Origin: an uncultured Bacteroidota bacterium
GTDB lineage: Bacteria; Bacteroidota; Bacteroidia; Flavobacteriales; Schleiferiaceae
Reading direction: 5' to 3'
Assembly: GCA_913056475.1 (NCBI GenBank)
Contig: CAJXMS010000001.1
Location: 1 to 43,663, forward strand
Length of the DNA stretch: 43,663 nt
Every line of letters starts with the position of its first letter. The stretch's first letter is position 1. Shown here piece by piece: positions 1 to 11,200 of this stretch. The notes beneath the pieces were generated by a model. The model was not told the DNA's origin. It ran no database searches and saw only the letters and a program-made list of their open reading frames with translations. The translations under genes and the position numbers were made by a program.

Positions 1-870
1 CTCTTTGGGAGCGATAAAGGAAGTTGTCGTAGTATTTATAGCCCAGGATCAGGCCCAGGCTTCCCCGGGTGTAGCTCAGGTTGCTGTAGAGCGCTTTGCC
101 GGGTTTGAATATATAGCTATTGCTGCTATTGGGATCTTGTGATTTATAAGCGCCCTCCACAAACCAGTTGAGGTGCGGGGTGATCAGGTTGAAGCGCAAG
201 CCGCCGTTGGCCACATTTTCGGGCAGATTGTAGATGGGGCTTTGGGCGTTTTGAAAGCGGCTTACAAAGCTACCACCGATGATCACATTGGTACCGCCGT
301 AGTTCCCCGTTAGCTCGTTGAGGTTTACCTCCATATCGGCCCCGCGGACGATGCCGTCGCCCATGCCAAAGTACAGCCGCTGCTTGCCGATAAGGCCTTT
401 AAAAGTGATGCCCGGGGCGCCATCGTAGATCAGGCGCACGCCGTCCAGGGCATTGTCCAGCCCCAGGCCGCGTTCTTCGTAGGCCCGGAAAACCAGGCCG
501 CTGCCAAATTGCTCGTAAAAGTTTCCGGCGGTTACGTCCAGGCCGTCTTTGGTGTAGCGCGCGTACCGATAGGGGATTCCCTGGCCCTGAAACCCTTCTG
601 GTAAGCCGATGATATTGTTTTGATAATTCTCGTAGCGGATCCCCGCGCGGAAGTTGCCCCGGGTATAAGTGAGGTTGAGAAAGCCTGCCGCCCGCAGGCG
701 TTCATCGGGGTAGGCTTCTCCCAGGGGGTCGATGAGCGAATCGCGCAGGTAGATTTGGCTATTGAGCTGGAAATTACCGGAGAGTTGGCCCAGTTCCGGC
801 GTGCTATTTTGGGCCAGAACCGGCACCAGGGGGAGGCCCAGCAGGGCGAAGAGAAAAGAGCTACGCAACA
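1..870 (-). CDS. Outer-membrane beta-barrel protein, DUF6029-like (3' end cut by window edge)
   Basis: Absent from the ORF track because it runs off the window. My minus-strand translation from the ATG (complement of 868-870) gives MLRSSFLFALLGLPLVPVLAQNSTPELGQLSGNFQLNSQIYLRDS...RAGIRYENYQNNIIGLPEGFQGQGIPYRYARYTKDG and stays open to position 1. It has a signal peptide and a beta-strand-like pattern. It lies 20 nt downstream of the TlpA-like gene. The family name is from memory. Confidence 0.6.
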
Positions 871-890
871 TGGTATTAAATACAGGGCTT

Positions 891-1397
891 TTAATCCAGT
901 GACTTACCGGCAGCTACTTTTTGAATAGCTTCGTAAAGATGGGCTTCATCCCCGGGCATGTAGCCGGTGTGCTGCCATACCACTTCTCCCTGGCCGTTGA
1001 GCAGGAAAGTATGCGGGATATTGTTGACGTTAAGCCCACGTTTGAGGGCTTGATTTTCATCCAGGTATACCTGGTAATCCCAGCCTTGCGAAGCAATGAA
1101 AGGGCGTACCCGCGAGGAGTTTCGCGAGTCATCGATAGATATGGCCACCAACTTTACACCGGTTTCTTCTTGCCACTGATCGTACCAGTCATGGATGGCG
1201 TTGAGCTCGCGGATGCAAGGCTTGCACCAAGTAGCCCAAAAGCTGAGGACGATGGGCTTACCACTGTTTTGAATGGAATCGGAAGACAGCGTCTCGCCGT
1301 TGAGTTTTTTGAGGGGGACGGTGGGTACTTTTTCCTGGGCGAGGCCGAGGTTAAGCACAAGCGAAAAAGCCAGAAGTAGAAAGATCGAACGGGGCAT
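891..1397 (-). CDS. TlpA-family thiol:disulfide oxidoreductase (periplasmic thioredoxin-like)
   Basis: It has a WCKPC active-site motif, an AhpC/TSA-TlpA-like sequence (IVLSFWATWCKPCIRELNAI) and the signal peptide MPRSIFLLLAFSLVLNLGLAQ. The tracked ORF extends to 1463, but the ATG at 1397 begins the signal peptide. Confidence 0.85.
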   Translation of the reverse strand: MPRSIFLLLAFSLVLNLGLAQEKVPTVPLKKLNGETLSSDSIQNSGKPIVLSFWATWCKPCIRELNAIHDWYDQWQEETGVKLVAISIDDSRNSSRVRPFIASQGWDYQVYLDENQALKRGLNVNNIPHTFLLNGQGEVVWQHTGYMPGDEAHLYEAIQKVAAGKSLD

Positions 1398-1613
1398 AAG
1401 CGAAAATGATTTGGCGGGGAAAATCCCAGTGTTTTGCAGAGCACAAAGAAAGGAAAAAGCCATGAGAGGCGCTGCAGAGGGGTTAATGGCGCCCGATAAA
1501 CGGGGTGGGGGGCGTGAACGCGCGATTATTATGCGGCTCGGGCTGGTCTTTTCATTAAATCCTATTACCTTAGCCCATCTTAATGTTTTATTAATTCAAA
1601 GTTCATACCTGCT

Positions 1614-3644
1614 ATGAAAAAAGTTTTACTTAGTCTTTTCAGTTTGGGGCTTACCATCCCGGCGCTGGCCCAGCTTCCGGTAAGCACGAGCCCTGAGAAT
1701 AAGAATGTTGTACTGGAGGAATTCACCGGTCTTAATTGTGTTTATTGTCCGGATGGACATAAGCGCGCTAATCAGCTCTCCGCTAATAATCCCGGGGATG
1801 TGGTGCTCATTAATGTTCACGCCGGTAGCTTCGCCACACCTGGTCCAGGAGAACCGGATTACAGAACGCCGGATGGCCAGGCCATAGATAATGAAGCTAA
1901 TGTGAGTGGCTATCCAGCGGGTACTATTAACCGTCGCGTATTTTCTAATTTTAGTCAAAACCCCGGTGGCTGGGCTATGAGTCGGGCTGATTGGGCCACG
2001 GCCGCGAGTACCGTCTTAGGGGAATCCTCCTATGTAAATGTAGCCCTGGAAGGGGATATCGATTTGGCAACTCGTACATTGACTGTTGACGTGGAAGCCT
2101 ATTTTACGGCCAATACTGCCCCCTCTTCTGTGAGGATGAACATTGCTTTGCTACAGGATAGCGTTTTGGGCCCGCAAACGGGAGCCTCTCAGTTTTATCC
2201 TGCCATGCTGTTGCCGGATGGCCGGTACGTGCATATGCACATGCTGCGAGATATGATTACGCCTACCTGGGGCGACACCATCAGTACTACTACAATGGGA
2301 ACCTTATTCTCCAAGACTTACACTTACAATATACCGCAAGATATAAATGGCGTTCCTCTATCCTTAGGCGATTTAAATGTTGTAGGGTTTATTGATGAAG
2401 GGAAAGGTCCCGTTATTACCGGCGCTAAAGGCCCCATGACGTATACGGTGCCTGCTGGTGCTTCGGTTACTGATTTAAGTCTTAAAGGCACAACCTCTTT
2501 ACCTACCACTTATTGCGACAATCAAATTACGCCAGAGGTTACTGTAAATAATGTAGGCGGCGCCGCGGCCTCTAATTTTGACGTAAGCTACACCCTAAAC
2601 GGCGGTTCGCCGGTAACCCAAAATGTTAGTACGACTGTAGCCGCTGGTGACTCAACCACAGTGAGCTTCCCGGCGGTAACCCTTAGCAATGGAATAAATG
2701 ACCTTAGCTACACAGTGTCTACCGCTAATAACAATAGTCTTTATGATCTTTCCTCCGGAAATGACCTTGATGGCCAAAGCGGCATCCTTACCATGCCCAA
2801 CGGAACTTTCGGCACCTATTTTTATGAAGATATGGAGGCATATTCTTTTAGGGATGTGCAGTTAAGTAATTCCATCATCGATAATCGGACATCTTCATTT
2901 GTTACCCCTATTAGCAACAGCGCCGTTAATGGGCTCAATACTCCCCTGGGTGGTTTTGGTAATTCGGCCCAGAGTCTTTTCTTCTATTTTTATGACATCC
3001 CAGCAAATGAGAAAGGCTCATTGGTTTTTGAAAAGCTGGACCTTTCCGGAACGAGTTTAAATGAAATTGTATTCGCCCATGCTTACCGTCAATACGATGC
3101 TAACTCAGATGACGAGCTAAACGTGCTCGTTTCTGAAGACTGCGGCCAAACCTGGAATACCATCTGGAGTAAATCTGGGCCTGACTTGGCTACAGGCAGT
3201 ATTGATAATGGTAACTTTTTTGCGACTGCTGCTGATTGGCAGTGGGACACCATCCGCATACCACAATACGATGGTACCCCTGAACTAATGGTGAAATTTG
3301 AGGGGGTATCTGATTTCGGTAATAACCTCTTCATCGATGACATTCAGTTTAAGAACAACACCTACGTGGGCGAAAAAGAGTATGCCAGCATTCCCAGCGT
3401 ATCGGTGTACCCCAATCCAGCCCAAGAGCAAGCGCAAATCGAATTTCCCCTTAGCGGAAAGGCAGATGTGCGTCTGGAGCTTACCGACGTTGCCGGTAAA
3501 ACCATTCTTCAACGGCAGTTCCTCGACCAGGCCCAAGGTAGCTTCCGCCAAATGTTAGATGTAAGTGCGCTGCCGGCTGGTGTTTACAGCCTTGAAGTTG
3601 AAGCAGGAGGCGCTCAGCACCGCCAAAAGCTGATTGTTCAGTAA
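1614..3644 (+). CDS. Omp28-related / CARDB / choice-of-anchor-J-like surface protein with T9SS C-terminal sorting domain
   Basis: It has a signal peptide. The N-terminus NVVLEEFTGLNCVYCPDGH is typical of Omp28-related thioredoxin-fold proteins. A CARDB-like segment follows (VNNVGGAAASNFDVSYTLNGG). The C-terminal VSVYPNPAQEQAQIEF...GVYSLEVEAGG...KLIVQ matches a type A T9SS sorting domain. Confidence 0.8.
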   Translation: MKKVLLSLFSLGLTIPALAQLPVSTSPENKNVVLEEFTGLNCVYCPDGHKRANQLSANNPGDVVLINVHAGSFATPGPGEPDYRTPDGQAIDNEANVSGYPAGTINRRVFSNFSQNPGGWAMSRADWATAASTVLGESSYVNVALEGDIDLATRTLTVDVEAYFTANTAPSSVRMNIALLQDSVLGPQTGASQFYPAMLLPDGRYVHMHMLRDMITPTWGDTISTTTMGTLFSKTYTYNIPQDINGVPLSLGDLNVVGFIDEGKGPVITGAKGPMTYTVPAGASVTDLSLKGTTSLPTTYCDNQITPEVTVNNVGGAAASNFDVSYTLNGGSPVTQNVSTTVAAGDSTTVSFPAVTLSNGINDLSYTVSTANNNSLYDLSSGNDLDGQSGILTMPNGTFGTYFYEDMEAYSFRDVQLSNSIIDNRTSSFVTPISNSAVNGLNTPLGGFGNSAQSLFFYFYDIPANEKGSLVFEKLDLSGTSLNEIVFAHAYRQYDANSDDELNVLVSEDCGQTWNTIWSKSGPDLATGSIDNGNFFATAADWQWDTIRIPQYDGTPELMVKFEGVSDFGNNLFIDDIQFKNNTYVGEKEYASIPSVSVYPNPAQEQAQIEFPLSGKADVRLELTDVAGKTILQRQFLDQAQGSFRQMLDVSALPAGVYSLEVEAGGAQHRQKLIVQ

Positions 3645-3686
3645 AGTCCCTTCACTAGAAGCCGGGCTTCGGTAAAACACTACAAG

Positions 3687-3724
3687 AAATCCCGGCAGGC
3701 CGTAAGCCTGCCGGGATTTTTTAT
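3687..3724 (+). terminator. Rho-independent terminator
   Basis: A perfect 14-bp stem, aaatcccggcaggc / gcctgccgggattt, with a 5-nt loop, is followed by a T run. Confidence 0.75.
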
Positions 3725-3824
3725 ACGGAAAAACGCTCCGCCCAGGGGGCCTAACCCCCTCCGAAGCAGGAGCCCCCATCTTTCCCATTTTGAAGGAAAA
3801 GCTTCTTTTCTCGCCTTTTTTACT

Positions 3825-3832
3825 TATTTTTG
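3825..3832 (+). promoter_or_regulatory. Candidate Bacteroidota -7 promoter box (TAnnTTTG)
   Basis: tatttttg lies 20 nt upstream of the ATG at 3852. No clear -33 TTG is present. Confidence 0.3.
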
Positions 3833-3851
3833 ACCATTAAAGTAGCCCTCG

Positions 3852-4571
3852 ATGAAGAAAATTCTATGCAGCATCCTCCTAGCCCTTACGGGCGTAATGA
3901 GCCTTTCGGCGCAAAGCTTGCAAGTAGTTTACCTGGACAGCCTTGTGCAAGGCAACGCCTTTAATGATGGGGATATTTCCGGGATAGCCGTGGTGGAAAA
4001 TATTAGTTCGGACACGGTAGATGTACGGCTTAAACGCATCGATGCCAACTATAATGCCCTTACGGATAGCAATGCTATTTGCTGGGGCCTGTGTTTTACG
4101 CCGGATATATCCGTTTCCCCCCCATCCTTCACCCGTAGTATTGCCCCCGGAAAGCAGGACACCGCCATTCTCCATGTTTATCCGGATAAAGACGGGCGCA
4201 ACCGAAGCGGTGCCATTACTTACGTCTTCTTTTCGAGCGATAACCCCTCCGATAGCGTGGCCTACGATATTCAGTATGAAGTGCTACGAGATCTCGGCTA
4301 CAACCAATTTCAGGCAGCAGAACCGCAGCTTGAAGTATTTCCCAATCCCATGCATGGGCCCCAAGGCCACTTTCGCTATCAACTGGGAGCTTCTCAGCGA
4401 GCCTTCCTCGAAGTACGCAACCTAGTAGGCAAGACTCTCCTCCGGCAGCAGCTTACCACCCCAAAAGGTAAGATATCCTTCAGTACCCGCGGCTGGCCGC
4501 AGGGCATTTATCTTTATAGCTTAGAAATAAACGGAAAGGTGCTGGAAACCAAAAAGATGATATTGCGCTAA
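3852..4571 (+). CDS. Secreted hypothetical protein with T9SS C-terminal sorting domain
   Basis: It has the signal peptide MKKILCSILLALTGVMSLSAQ. The C-terminus LEVFPNPMHG...GIYLYSLEINGKVLETKKMILR fits a T9SS CTD. Confidence 0.7.
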   Translation: MKKILCSILLALTGVMSLSAQSLQVVYLDSLVQGNAFNDGDISGIAVVENISSDTVDVRLKRIDANYNALTDSNAICWGLCFTPDISVSPPSFTRSIAPGKQDTAILHVYPDKDGRNRSGAITYVFFSSDNPSDSVAYDIQYEVLRDLGYNQFQAAEPQLEVFPNPMHGPQGHFRYQLGASQRAFLEVRNLVGKTLLRQQLTTPKGKISFSTRGWPQGIYLYSLEINGKVLETKKMILR

Positions 4572-4606
4572 GCGCGCGCTTCTTCCTTTGATAGATTTTT
4601 ATGCCA

Positions 4607-4636
4607 AGCCGTTGCCCCCGAGGTAACGGCTTTTTT
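4607..4636 (+). terminator. Rho-independent terminator
   Basis: The stem agccgttgcc / ggtaacggct (one G-U pair) is followed by tttttt. Confidence 0.7.
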
Positions 4637-4658
4637 AATGCGGCGTATATGAAAACTT

Positions 4659-4666
4659 TACTTTTG
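4659..4666 (+). promoter_or_regulatory. Candidate -7 promoter box (TAnnTTTG) for ruvA-sprA
   Basis: tacttttg lies 50 nt upstream of the ruvA ATG. Confidence 0.35.
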
Positions 4667-4716
4667 CCGTTTTCCCTCCTGCCAAGAAGCACTCAAGCTT
4701 ATTGCCATACTAGCCT

Positions 4717-5289
4717 ATGTATCATCACATCCGAGGAACCCTCTTCGAATTGAACCCCACTTATGCGGTGGTAGAAAGCGGAGGCCTGGGGTACCAAGTG
4801 GAAATTACTCTTCCCACCTACACCATCCTTCAGGGCCAACAAGAGGTAATGCTTTATCTCTACCCCATCTTCAAGGAAGACAATCAGCAATTGTTCGGGT
4901 TTAGCGATAAAAGCGAGCGCCAAATTTTTACTCAGCTTCTTTCCGTCTCGGGAGTAGGGGGCAATACCGCCCGTTTGATCCTCAGCAGCCTCAGTGCAGC
5001 TGAAGTGCAGGAGGCCATCGGATCCGAAAATGCCGGAGCGCTCCAAGCCGTAAAAGGGGTGGGGGCCAAAACCGCCCAGCGCATCATCATAGACCTAAAA
5101 GATAAAATCGGGCTGGCAGAAGCCACTGCGCCCAGTGGCGGGGCCAGCCAGCAGGCCGAGGCCCTTTCCGCCCTGGAAACCCTCGGCTACCCCAGCCGGC
5201 AGGCCCAGCGCGTACTGCGCCTGGTAGAGAAAGAGCAGCCGGGCAGCAGCGTAGAAAACCTTATTAAAAACGCTCTCAAGAAGTTATAA
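4717..5289 (+). CDS. ruvA: Holliday junction branch migration protein RuvA
   Basis: The N-terminus MYHHIRGTLFELNPTYAVVESGGLGYQVEI and the HhH motifs (VSGVGGNTARLILS, VKGVGAKTAQRIIIDLK) are typical. Length is 190 aa. Confidence 0.95.
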   Translation: MYHHIRGTLFELNPTYAVVESGGLGYQVEITLPTYTILQGQQEVMLYLYPIFKEDNQQLFGFSDKSERQIFTQLLSVSGVGGNTARLILSSLSAAEVQEAIGSENAGALQAVKGVGAKTAQRIIIDLKDKIGLAEATAPSGGASQQAEALSALETLGYPSRQAQRVLRLVEKEQPGSSVENLIKNALKKL

Positions 5290-8200
5290 TGTTCGGTAGG
5301 CTCTCAGGGAGTTTATTCTTGCTAGGGGTTCCGCTCCTTATGGTCCTCCAGGCGGCTCGCCCGGTGCGGGCACATTTGGCCTACGGCCAAATGAGCTTCC
5401 CCCAGCAGGCGAAATCCGATACCAATGATCCCGATACAACCCTACCCTATCCTTTCCAGCAGGGGCAAACGGGGGGCGTTTATGGAAGTGGCCCCGGTAA
5501 TGTGAGCGAAGTGGTTCGCTTTAATCCCGAAACGGGCCTCTACGAGGTGGTAACTAAAATAGGCAGCCTGGAGCCTAAGCCACCTATGGTGATGACCCCC
5601 GAGGAATACCAGGACTATGTGGCGCGTAAGCAGGCCAACGACTACTGGAAATCTAAAGCCCAGCAAAATACGGGCGATCAAGGGGATAAAGATCAAGATA
5701 GTGATGGCCTTATCCCTCAAATAACCGTAGACAAGGAATTTTTCCGCCGCATTTTTGGCAGTAGTACCATCGATATCCGGCCGCAGGGCTACGCGGAGCT
5801 GCGCTTTGGCGGGCGCCTCCAAAAAATCGATAACCCCATCATCCCCGAGCGCAACCGGAGCACCTTCACCTTTGATTTTGACCAGCGCATTCAAATGAAT
5901 GTGACCGGCAATGTGGGCGATAAGATGAAGATCAACTTTAACTATGATACGGAGGCTACCTTCAACTTCGAAAACCAGGTAAAACTGGAGTACACCGGAA
6001 AGGAAGATGAGATCATTAAAAAGCTGGAGCTGGGTAATGTGAACCTGCCCGTTAATTCCTCCCTAATTACGGGGGCTCAGAGCCTTTTTGGAGTTAAAGG
6101 TCAATTTCAGTTTGGCAAGCTGACCCTTACCAGTGTGGTGTCCGAACAGCAAAGCCAAACCCAGTCGGTGAATGTACAGGGCGGCGCCACCACCACCGAG
6201 TTTGAGATTTGGGGCGATGAATACGAGGCCAATAAGCACTTCTTCTTGTCCCACTATTTCCGGGATAATTACGAAGATTTTCTGGAAAATGCGCCCCTGA
6301 TAACTTCCCCCGTGCAAATCACCAAAATAGAGGTGTGGGTAACCAATACCAACCAAAATACCCAGGATACGCGTAACCTCATTGCTTTTATGGACCTGGG
6401 CGAAAATCGCGGGCGCGCTTACCGGCAAGACAGTTTACCGGGGCCCGATATTTTCGATAATACGGCTACCAACGGAAACTTACCGGATAACCTGGTAAAC
6501 GATCTGGCGCCCCGCACGCTGGAAAATAATTACCCCGGCGTACGGCAGGTAGGGCAGGCCAACGCGGCTCTAAATGCGGCCGGTTTCGAAGAAGCTACCG
6601 ATTATATAGACCTGGCCAATGCCCGGAAACTACGCCCCTCTGAGTACGATTACAACCCGCAGCTGGGCTATGTATCCCTTAATAGCCCTTTGAACCAAGA
6701 CGAAGTGCTGGCCGTGGCTTTTCAGTACACCGCCAATGGCCGCACTTTTCAGGTAGGAGAGTTCAGTACCGACGGGGTAAGCCCGCCGCAAAATCTGGTG
6801 GTAAAAATGCTGAAAAGCACCATTCTGGATGTGAGCTTGCCCATGTGGGACCTGATGATGAAAAACATCTACAGCCTAAGCGCTTTTCAGGTGAGCGCCA
6901 ATGACTTCCGGATGCAGGTAATGTACCGCAACGACGAGACCGGCACCCCCGTGCCCTTTTTACCAGAAACCAACCTACGCGATGAACTGCTCTTGCGGGT
7001 GATGGAACTCGATAAGGTCAATAACAATAACGACCCCACGCCCGATGGTTTCTTTGACTTTATCCCCGGCGTTACCATTAGGCCGCAGAATGGCCGGATT
7101 ATTTTTCCCGTTCTGGAACCCTTTGGGGGCAATCTGCGGGATAAATTGAATACCAAGGAAATGCGCGAGCAGTACGTCTTCTCGGAGCTCTATGACTCTA
7201 CCCGCTTTGTGGCCCAAAACCAGACCAACCTCAATAAATATCTGATCAAAGGCCAGTTTAAGTCCAATTCCAGTAGTGAAATAAAGCTGAACGCCTTTAA
7301 TATCCCGCGGGGTTCGGTAAGCGTCACCGCCGGCGGTACCCAGCTCACCGAAGGCCAGGATTATACCGTAGATTATAACCTGGGCCGCGTAAAGATCCTC
7401 AATGAAGGGATTCTCAATTCCGGGATCCCCATTAAGGTGAATTATGAGAACAACGCCCTTTTCAACTTCCAAACCAAAACCTTTGCGGGCTTAAACGCCG
7501 ATTACCGGGTAAATGACAACCTAAACCTGGGCGCTTCCGTAGTCCACCTCAATGAAAAACCCCTCACTCAAAAGGTAAACCTGGGCGATGAACCCATAGC
7601 CAACACCATGATAGGGGTGAACGGAAATTACGACAAAGAAGCCCCTTTCCTTACCCGCTTTGTTGATGCCATTCCTTTCATCGATACCAAGGCGAAGTCT
7701 AATATCAACATTCAGGGCGAAGTGGCCCGGATGCTGCCCGGTTCGCCCCGGGGTATCGAAATAGGGGATGAGCCCACTACTTATTTGGATGACTTTGAAA
7801 GCAGCCAAACCACCATCGACATTCGGAACCCGATGCCCTGGCGGCTGGCCAGTGTTCCCGGCGGCCAGCCCAATCTTTTTCCCGAGGCCGACCTGAATTC
7901 CATTGCCTCCGGCTTTAACCGGGCCCGCCTCGCCTGGTACACCATAGACCCCCTCTTTCACAACAATCCCTCCCGTACCCCCGACAATATCACCGACAAC
8001 CCCCGCCTCCAGTCTACCAATGATGTGCGGCTGGTGCTGATAGAAGAAGTATTCCCCAACCTGGACCTGGACCAGTCCTCCCCCCTTAATCTGGCTACGC
8101 TGGACCTGGCTTATTATCCTTCCGAAAGAGGCCCCTACAACCTGGACGTGGCACCCACCGGAGTGAGCGCGGGCATCAATACGGAGGGCGAGCTGGAAAG

Positions 8201-11200
8201 CCCCGGGACTCGCTGGGCTGGCATCATGCGGGGTATTAACAGCACCAATTTTGAACAGCAGAACATAGAGTTTGTCCAGTTCTGGATGCTTAATCCTTTT
8301 GTGGGGAACGACGACCCGCCCGATGGAGGTGATTTCTACATCAACCTGGGCAGCATATCGGAGGACATTCTCAAGGATGCCCAGCAGGCCATCGAAAATG
8401 GTATCCCTACCGATGGCACTCAACAGGGCCTGGACTCTACCCGCTGGGGCTTTGCTACCAACGTACGCCCGCCCGTGGTGGCTTTCGGTAATGACCCCAA
8501 TGCCCGCGACCTGCAGGACGTAGGCTACGACCTTATCGATGATGAGCAAGAAGAAAACTGGGCGGGTGATCCGCAGTATAGCAATTACTTGCAGCGCATT
8601 GCCAATTCGCTGGGACAGGCCTCCCAGGCGTATCAGCAAGCCCTGGAAGACCCCTTTGCTGATAATTTCCAGTATTACCGCGGTGATGACCTCGACCAGG
8701 CTGGCGCCGATATCCTGGATCGGTACCGCTATTATAATAACCCGGAGGGCAATAGCGACCCCACCGCCGTAGGCGGAGTCACCGCTTTTGCTACCAACCT
8801 ACCGGACATTGAAGACCTTAATCAGGACCAAACCCTGAGCAAAACCGAAAGCTATTACCAGTACAAGGTCAGTCTCCGGCCGGAAGACCTCGATGAAGTG
8901 GGTAAAAACTACATCACCAATATTACCCGCACCACCAGCCCGGAGCAGCCCGACGGCAATCAATACCAGGCCGAATGGATTCAATTTAAAGTGCCGGTGT
9001 TTAACCCGGATAAAACGGTGGGCAATATCGGCGATTTTCGCTCCATTCGCTTTATAAGACTGTTTCTCAAAAACTTCTCCCAGCCAGTCGTGCTGCGTTT
9101 TGCCCGAATGGAATTCGTGCGCAGCGAGTGGCGTCGCTACCGCTTTTCCCTGGATGGAACCCGTGAGCGCCTCAGCCAGGACGATCAGGAGAACACCCTT
9201 TTTGAGGTGAATGCCGTCAATATTGAGCAAAATGGATCGCGCAATCCCATTCCTTACGTGGTTCCTCCCGGCATTGATCGGCAGGTGCTCTTCGGCACCA
9301 CTTCGGCCAACCAGCAAAACGAACAAGCGCTCTCCCTCCGCATTTTGGGCCTGGAAGATGGGGACGCCCGGGCCGTATTTCGAAACTTGGACTTTGACAT
9401 GCGGCTTTACAAACGCATGAAGCTTTTTACCCACCTGGAAAGTGCCGCCGAAACCGATAATCTTCAGGACGGCGATTTGACGGTTTTTATTCGCCTGGGC
9501 GCGGATTATAACCTCAACTATTATGAATACGAGATCCCCATGGAGGTTACCCCCTGGGGTAGTTCAGACCCGAATGACGTTTGGCCGCAGGCCAATCGCT
9601 TTGACTTTCCGCTGGATATCCTCAAAGAGGTGAAACTGGAGCGAAACCGGGTTTATAATCAAACCGGCGCGCCCATCAGCGATCCCTTTACCCGGCCCCG
9701 CCTCAATGGCAACGTTACCGTAGTGGGCCAGCCCAACCTGGGCAATGTGCGGACGGTGCTGATTGGGGTGCGCAATCCCAAAAAACGCCTGGCCGGCGAT
9801 GGGGACGATGGCCTTACCAAAAGCGCTGAGGTTTGGATCAATGAACTCCGCCTTACCGAGTTTGACCAAAAGGGCGGCTGGGCCGCCAACGCCCGGGTAG
9901 CCGCCACGCTGGCCGATTTTGCCAACGTTTCCGTTAGTGGCCGGGCCAGTACCGTGGGTTTCGGTAGTCTGGACCAAAACGTGTCCGAGTTCCAACAGGA
10001 AGAGGTGCGCGCTTACAACCTGCAGTCCAGCTTCCAGTTGGGTAAATTTTTCTCCCAGGAATCCGGCCTGCGTATCCCCATGTTTTTTGGCCGCAGTGAG
10101 GAGTGGATCACGCCTCGTTTTAACCCGCTGGATCCGGATATCGAATTTGACCGGGCCCTCAATAATATTGAGAACCCCAATGACCAGGACTCTCTCCAGG
10201 AGGCGGCGCAAAATTACACCCGTAGGCGGTCTCTCAATTTTACCAACGTCCGTAAGACCCGCAGTGGTAAGGGCCAAAATAACCCCATGCCCTGGGACGT
10301 GGAAAATATTTCCCTTACCTACAGCTTCAATGAGGTATTTCGCCGGAATATCAATACCGTCTTTGATCGCTCGGTACAGCACAGCGGTAATATCAACTAC
10401 ACCTATCGCACCAAGCCCCTTTCGGTAGAACCCTTTAAGAACATCAAGTGGCTGCAGGCGCAGGAACTGGCCTTTATCCGCGATTTTAATTTTTACTTCT
10501 ATCCTAAGAGTTTTTCCGCTATCCTCAAAGCCAATCGCAGCTATACCAGCATGCAAATGCGCAACACCGACGCCCTGCTCAGCGATATCCCCAGTAATCT
10601 TATCGGTGAGCTGGAGCCCACCTACAATAAAAACTTCACCCTTAACCGGGATTATAATATGCTCTTTGACCTCTCCAAGAGCCTCCGCTTTGATTATAAT
10701 GCCCGCATGCAGTCCCGGGTAGACGAGCTGGCCGGGCCGCCCAATAGCGATTCCAACCGCACCGAGGTGATGGACAACCTCCGCAATCTGGGCCGTCCCA
10801 TCAATTATCATCAAACCATGAACCTCACCTGGGAAGTGCCCCTGAGCAAATTCCCCCTGCTGGACTTTGCTACCGCAAGTGCTACCTACACGGCTGATTA
10901 TGACTGGCGCGCGCCGTCCCAAACCACCCGGCAAAGACAAGGCAATACAGGCGGGGGAAATCCGGGTAACCCCGGCGGAAACAATAATCAGTTTAACGTA
11001 AACTTCGGCAACACCATTCAAAACAACCGCCAAATTCGTATTAATAGCAACTTTAATTTCCGGTCCCTCTACAATAAGGTGCCTTACCTCAAAGAAGTCT
11101 TGAGCCAAGATCAGAATAAGGGCGGCGGCGGGCAGCGCAGGCGTAACAACTTCCTGGACCGGCCCGGAGCCAACTTAAGTGCCCAAAACCGCAAGCCTCA

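Noticed and set aside
620-1379. Plus-strand ORFs 620-928 and 921-1379.
   Set aside because: They lie antisense to the DUF6029-like and TlpA-like genes, which have clear signal peptides and motifs.
7521-11108. Antisense ORFs of 372 aa (7521-8639) and 514 aa (9564-11108) inside sprA.
   Set aside because: Both are codon-aligned mirror frames of sprA, with the same mod-3 relation to 5289. They are explained by sense-strand codon bias and have no motifs or plausible promoters.
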